A model generated the notes under the pieces. The model was not told the origin of the DNA. It ran no database searches and saw only the letters and a program-made list of their open reading frames with translations. 64,000 nucleotides of DNA from Macrostomum hystrix (Eukaryota > Animalia > Platyhelminthes): contig CATNEN010000001.1 in NCBI GenBank assembly GCA_950097015.1, positions 5,580,001 through 5,644,000 of the forward strand, in the 5' to 3' direction. Below, piece by piece: positions 58,306 to 64,000 of the stretch (position 1 is its first letter; each line of letters begins with the position of its first letter). A program made the position numbers and the translations under genes.

Positions 58306-61298
58306 TGTTGTTGAAGCTGCATGAGAAGTGATATTATTTAGTATATGTTGCAAAGGTTTAACAAAAAGTTTCCATTAAAACCAAAAAATTGTGGTTCTTT
58401 TAAAAATCATTGCAGCATGCACATTGTGGAGTGGGGTTTCGACAGTCCCTAGCCTGTATTTGGGGCTAAAGATACAGATTTCAAAGAATATAACAAAGAC
58501 ATTTATTTGGAATGGAAAAGATAAAACTCTTAATTTGTTAGTTCAGTGTTGGGGACTAATGCCCTAAAGATTTCAATCCCACATGCATGTTGTGGGGTGG
58601 TGTGGTAAAATATGAAGAATACAAAAAGAAGTGAAAGTGCCACATTTGGGGTCATGTTTTACCTAGACCTCAAGCAATAAGGGGCTTAAATATGGAAAAG
58701 ATAAAAAAGAATTGAAAAAAATGTACATTCTTAGTCTACATACAATTTAATCGAGATCTTGGCACTTTTTTATCTCAATATTGGTTTTGAGATTTCAAAA
58801 AGGTTGATATTTACATTTTTTATTTTATTTAGTCAACAGATGCACTTTGTCACTTGAAAAATACTTTTTTACATGCAGGGGACAGACTGTGCAGAAGCAC
58901 TAGAGTTTTAGTCTTTTAGAAATTTTTACTATTTTATACTCAATAGGACTAACACACTAATCTTAAACTGTGATTCAAATCTTAAAAATCTCGAAAGTAA
59001 TGATATTGAGTCTCAAAAATCTCAAATAAGTGATATTGCCTGATCCCTTATTTATAGCATGCACATGTTGTCGTTATATCAGAGCTATTCTACAAAACTT
59101 TGGAGTTCCAATCAGCACATCTTAAATTACATTTTTAAATCCTTATATATCTGTACAATAACTAAATTAAAGTGACATATCATAAAAGCAATGGTATAGG
59201 AAGCTATAGGAGGCTACAAGAAATTAATCAAGGTTACAAAGTTAGATATAGATAGAAAAAACAGTCCTGTTTTATTTATACTAGAAACTAGAATAGAGTC
59301 TAGTTTATATTCTCTATTAAAAGGAAAATATAAAAAAAATACAATATGCACATGTATATTGTTTATAAATATGTAACTATGAAACTTGCAATTATATTTG
59401 AATAAAATAGCTATTACTGAACATCCTGTTTATTATAATATCCATGCATTTTAGAATAAAAAAGTATTTCATATTTATATAAAAAATAGTGTTTTTTACA
59501 AAAAATATGAAATCAAATTGCAATTATTTTTCAACTTAGCTGTAATCAGAAGATATTACTTTTTTATAAATAGGCTATTTAAAAATAAATAAGAAATGTT
59601 AGATGTCAATTAGAAAAAAATGCAATCTTAAAGAAAAGCAAGGATTAATCCTCTATTCTGGTTGGTAAAAAAAGCAGTTATAGTTTCAATGTGTTTTTAT
59701 ATGGTAATGGTAATGATTTCTACAGATTAAAGACAGTAAAATCTATAAACCCACATTTAAATCATGTAGCTAGCACTCAACAAAACACCTAAAAGCTTAA
59801 CAAAGTAAATTTTTTAAAATCTAACTGCAATTACATTTTTGGTTGGCTAGGCTAGCTAGATTTTATTCCATGACATACTATTTAAAAAAGTCTTTGTTTG
59901 ACTGTTTTTGACTCATTACATACATTTTTCTGCCAAAAAACTTTTCTAAGGCACCTATATTAAAATCTCAACATTTTAAATCAAGCTATCTAGCCTATCT
60001 AGCCTGAAACAAAATTTCAAAAAATTGTTTTCTTAACAATAGCAATTGAGTATTATTGCTCTATATTGGTATATTGTCAATGTCATTCATAATTAGCTAC
60101 TTCACAAATGCTTATAGGATCTACCATAAAAATAGACTGAGTAAGCCTAGTTAGCTATAGTATAATACATGTAACTATTGCAACAATGCTGATATTTCAG
60201 CAAGTGAAATCTTAGGATAATTTTATGAAATATTTGTGTGTAGCTTCAATGAAAAATAAAAGAAAGGAATACTTTACTTTAATATTTTACTCTTGCAATT
60301 AATTATTGCGAAGCTAAAAGCTAAATTTTAAAGCCATGAAAATTAATAGCATATAAAAATTCAAAGTTGATTACAAAGTGAATATGCTTATGATATTGAT
60401 TCATATACTTCCTTTATTTCTAACACGTGATCTACTTTCAAGGATTAGCTAATTTTAACTAATCTTTCTAAGAACATATTTAGTTTAATTTTCTGCATTC
60501 AAAATTTATGTAAACATACTAAAACAAATTTTAAAGCATTTTTGCGGGAAATTGTATTTTGTAATTAAAAAAAGTGAACTTACACACAACCAGATACTTA
60601 TTTATTTATCTATACTGCTTAGTATTTTTATTAGTTCTTTAATGCAAAAGAAGATTAACAAACATTAAGCCATTAGTTAAGCACGTTTTCTGGCGTTCAT
60701 TTTTAGTTAGTTTTTTAATTTTTTATGTTTTTAGCTAAAATAGTGTTCTGCAGCAAATTTCTTGTATTTTGAAGTCATCGAAATTTCCAGAATGTTATCG
60801 AGCCTGAGCGAGGTACCTAAAATAAATTATGGACAATTGGACAAATACATAAAACTTTCTAGAATGAAATATATTGTTTTAATATGTTAAGGACTAACTA
60901 AGCCTTATTGTTATATCTTTGTTATTTACTTACAAATTTATACCTTTTGCCCTATATCTGTTATATATGCTGACTAGTTTGCACCAAAGTAAAAGCAAAC
61001 TACAAAAGTTTATTTTTATTTCACGTAAGTCCCTTCTAAAGCCACTTTCCATCTATGCAGTCTAAACTTTTAGATAGTTATATATCAGATCTGTCTATAG
61101 TTTTGTAGAAACAATTAATGTCTATGCCTAGCAAAAGACTAACTCTTGAAACTAGTTTTAGGCCCTAGCTTACTACTATTACTAAGTCTGAAGAACAGCA
61201 AACAAGACATTGACAGTAGGCCTACAAATTTCAAGTTTAAACACTGTTTAATTAGAAATATAACTTACTATACTTATTTTGGCCAGTACATGTTTTAT

Positions 61299-61719
61299 TG
61301 GATCCTAGGCACTTTGTCATCTTACAACTTTGTCATCCACTTGGAAGGTAGGACACTTTGTCATCTAGCCTGGCATGCTTTAAAGTTTGGTCAGTTTGTC
61401 ATCTACTAATAACAAGCAATCAAGTTCCTCTTAAATAAAGTGAGGGTGGAGTGGTGGGGCAGAGGTGTGAACACACTTCACACTCTAAATTGTCAAAAGG
61501 AGGTGTCAAATGGATTTTATTATAAGAGTTGAAAGATAGGTGCCAACATGATGTGAGAAGGGGTAGGGAGGGTGGTTCTGTTTTAAGTTTAAAAACTTTT
61601 GTTTTATAGATGACAAAGTGTCCACAAGTCTAAGTCTCTTTGTCATCCACCCTCTAAGATATTGGACAGATCGTCATCTGGATGACAAAGTTATAAGATT
61701 ACAAAGTGTCCAGGTACCA
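61299..61719. mobile_element. MITE-like element with imperfect terminal inverted repeats and internal TTTGTCATC motifs
   Basis: CCTAGGCACTTTGTCATCTTACAACTTTGTCATCCA (about 61304) versus TGGATGACAAAGTTATAAGATTACAAAGTGTCCAGG (61679-61714). Confidence 0.7.
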
Positions 61720-62775
61720 TTTTATCAACTAGCTTTATATTGACTATCAACTTGGCATTTAGCTATAGGGCCGTGGCAATAACTGACTTGACAAAACCTT
61801 TAGTGTATTTGGTGGTAGCCAGTCATTTTGCCATAACCATTTCGGCTACAAACTAATTTGACTTTCACTACTTGAAAAATAATACAGGATGGTAGCCAGA
61901 TTATGTTTATTTTAATCTAAGTAAGGTTTTGACCAAATTTGACTGATTATTACAAGAATAAGCCAAAGTTGATATTTAAATTAAAAAAACAAAATAAAAT
62001 GTGATAAAATTATTATATAAAGATGACTTAATGTTTATGTTAAAGCAGTTATGATAGAATGTAATCAAAAATTTTGGTTTAATATGATTAAACAAAGTGT
62101 CCAGTAAAAAAAAATTAAGGGTATATGAAGATATTATGAATTAGGCCTAACAAATATTTTATTTTCAGTTTTAAGGTTTGTCAATTGCACAAGGACCCAG
62201 TAAAAATGTATCTATGAAAGACAATCCCCAAGCTAACCAACCTAAAAATATGTGTAACAGGGCTTATCACCCTATCTTTGTTTCATTTGGTAGTGTATCA
62301 CTCTGGCCAATCTTACTCTTTCTTTTCCCACAACTCTGCATGTTTTTCCCAATGCTTTAAAATTGTGGTCCTGAAAAGGGCCGTTTTAACATTTAATACT
62401 ACTCGATTTTTATCTCTCTGGGCTTAACACTTTAATGATAGTGTCTCATATAGGCAAGTGCTGTTTTCTTTTAAGGCTTTCACTGGTATCTTCTGCCCAA
62501 TCTTCAGGGTCAACCTAAATCACGATTCAGTTTTCATGAATTCTCATTTATGAAAGTTACATTATGCACAAAAAATTTTCAAGCCCTTTCTTCTTTTCAC
62601 AATAAGACTTGATATGTTTCTATATTCTGGTGAATTTTTATTTTTTAGTCTATAAAAATGTGAGAAAAGCATTTCTAAAATGAACCCACTAGTTTGCCTG
62701 CCAAATTTCTCATTGCTAAATTGTCATCTAATTCAATTGCAGCTCTACTAAGCGATAACATTTTCTAAAGTTACA

Positions 62776-63105
62776 ATGGCAGCAGCGGCAGCTCAGGTAG
62801 CTACAAAGGCAGCAAAAAAGTTTCTGCCTCTGTTTGATCGCGTCCTAGTGCGCCGATTCGAACCCGAGCTCAAGACTAAAGGCGGCGTTCTCCTACCAGA
62901 GAAGTCCATGGGCAAAGTGCTGGAGGCCACGGTGGTTGCTGCCGGACCTGGCCGATTCACCGACTCTGGCAAGCTGCAGCCCGTTAGCGTCAAAGCCGGT
63001 GATCGAGTCCTCCTGCCGGAGTTTGGCGGCACCAAAGTTGTGCTAGATGATGTCGAGTATTTTCTGTTTCGCGATGGCGACATTCTTGGCAAGTTGGAGG
63101 CCTAA
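62776..63105 (+). CDS. HSPE1: 10 kDa mitochondrial co-chaperonin (HSP10/GroES family), intronless CDS
   Basis: FLPLFDRVLVRR...KTKGGVLLPEK...ATVVAAGPG...VKAGDRVLLPEFGGTKV...LFRDGDILGK. Confidence 0.98.
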   Translation: MAAAAAQVATKAAKKFLPLFDRVLVRRFEPELKTKGGVLLPEKSMGKVLEATVVAAGPGRFTDSGKLQPVSVKAGDRVLLPEFGGTKVVLDDVEYFLFRDGDILGKLEA

Positions 63106-63544
63106 TTGAATCGGATCAGCTGTTTATAGTTGACCGTCAGTAAGACAAACAAAACTGTGCCCCAACTATTGCATCACTATTGACGTTCGCCTATTAAATA
63201 ACATCTTTTTGTACTGTTTACAGCTAGCAAGTTTTGCAATCCACTTCATAATATTTCAACTAGCCACGAGTAATAATATACAGTTCTGCGGTAACTAGAG
63301 GCAACTGAACATTTTGTTGCAGTTGGCATTTTCATCAAGTAGAATTTTACATTTATAAATATTTGCTGAGAAATTGTCTGTTTGTGTTGTTTTTTAGGAG
63401 CTTCGGGCGGCTGATTGAGAGGTCTGGATTTCGAATTTGATCACAAAGTAAACCATTTGTGTCCTTTTGCAATATGCTTGACTTTAACTAGTGCTTTAGC
63501 CAGCCATGAAATAGGAACTTGCGTAATTAGCGCCTGTGATCAAG

Positions 63545-63725
63545 AGGTGAGTGACAGAATGGTTAATGCTTGAGCTCGATTCCGCTGCGAGGCCACATTT
63601 ATTTAGTGCGATGCCGTGGAGATAAGGCTTGGGGGCTTGTCGTGAAATTTACGGCTCCAAGCCACAGTGAAAGTGCACACTGCCTGACAATGAGAAAGTC
63701 CGGGCAGATGAATACCTGCTCGCCC
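63545..63725 (+). mobile_element. SINE family B copy
   Basis: GAGCTCGATTCCGCTGCGAGGCCACATT...AAGGCTTGGGGGCTTGTCGTGAAATTTACG...GAAAGTCCGGGCAGATG matches 42085-42165 and the reverse complement of 43620-43780. Confidence 0.8.
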
Positions 63726-64000
63726 CTCTCCTGTATAGCCTCGGATTTTTGATGCCCGGGCATTTCGCAGTGTTTATACGAGGGTAGACAGAGGTCAAGG
63801 ATAAAAATAGTCAATTCAATCGATACTTCGCGGTAGGAAAAACGCGCTTGTAATAAAAAATGTTAGTCTCGATCGAGATGTCTGATAAATCATATATTAA
63901 ATATAAATATCTGTATTAGGGGGCATAAGACAGAATAATAACTGACGAAAATACGAGAATAATACTGGGTTGCAGTACATTAAATACCAAAATAAGCATC

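Noticed and set aside
18372-63092. Antisense and alternative-frame ORFs overlapping the kinase, NHL, LDB1, GSTK1 and HSPE1 genes
   Set aside because: These are shadow ORFs expected from GC-rich coding sequence, with no independent motifs.

Overview
This is eukaryotic (metazoan) genomic DNA, not prokaryotic. It has GT-AG spliced genes, tRNA-headed SINEs, decayed LINEs and roughly a third of its length in minisatellites. That style suggests a free-living flatworm such as Macrostomum, which is an inference only. Nearly all long ORFs in the supplied track are artefacts of tandem repeats. By walking splice sites by hand and checking intron phases, I reconstructed these genes: a very divergent pantothenate-kinase-like protein (10655-16239 +), a divergent CK1-group kinase (16713-19680 +), a short JIP3/JIP4-like RH1-RH2 adaptor without a WD40 domain (23507-26708 -), an orphan single-pass membrane protein with a coding VNTR (32992-35165 +), an intronless B-box-like/coiled-coil/NHL-like protein (39256-40851 -), LANCL3 (41670-44517 -), LDB1/Chip (49966 to about 54936 -), a decayed GST-kappa copy, GSTK1 (56925-58305 -) and HSPE1 (62776-63105 +). 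Mobile DNA includes two SINE families, two decayed non-LTR retrotransposons, a Crypton-like fragment, a solo LTR with a 4-bp target-site duplication and MITE-like inverted-repeat elements. The most notable observations are: (1) most large introns hold their own private minisatellite, some fused to a splice site; (2) one minisatellite is visibly born from the A-box end of a CORE-SINE; (3) a probable PanK pseudoenzyme; (4) an LDB1 whose LIM-interaction domain is split by about 50 extra Gly/Ala-rich residues; (5) a RILP-shaped mini-JIP3; (6) inverted SINEs bracketing two LANCL3 exons. All homology calls come from motif recall, not database searches.
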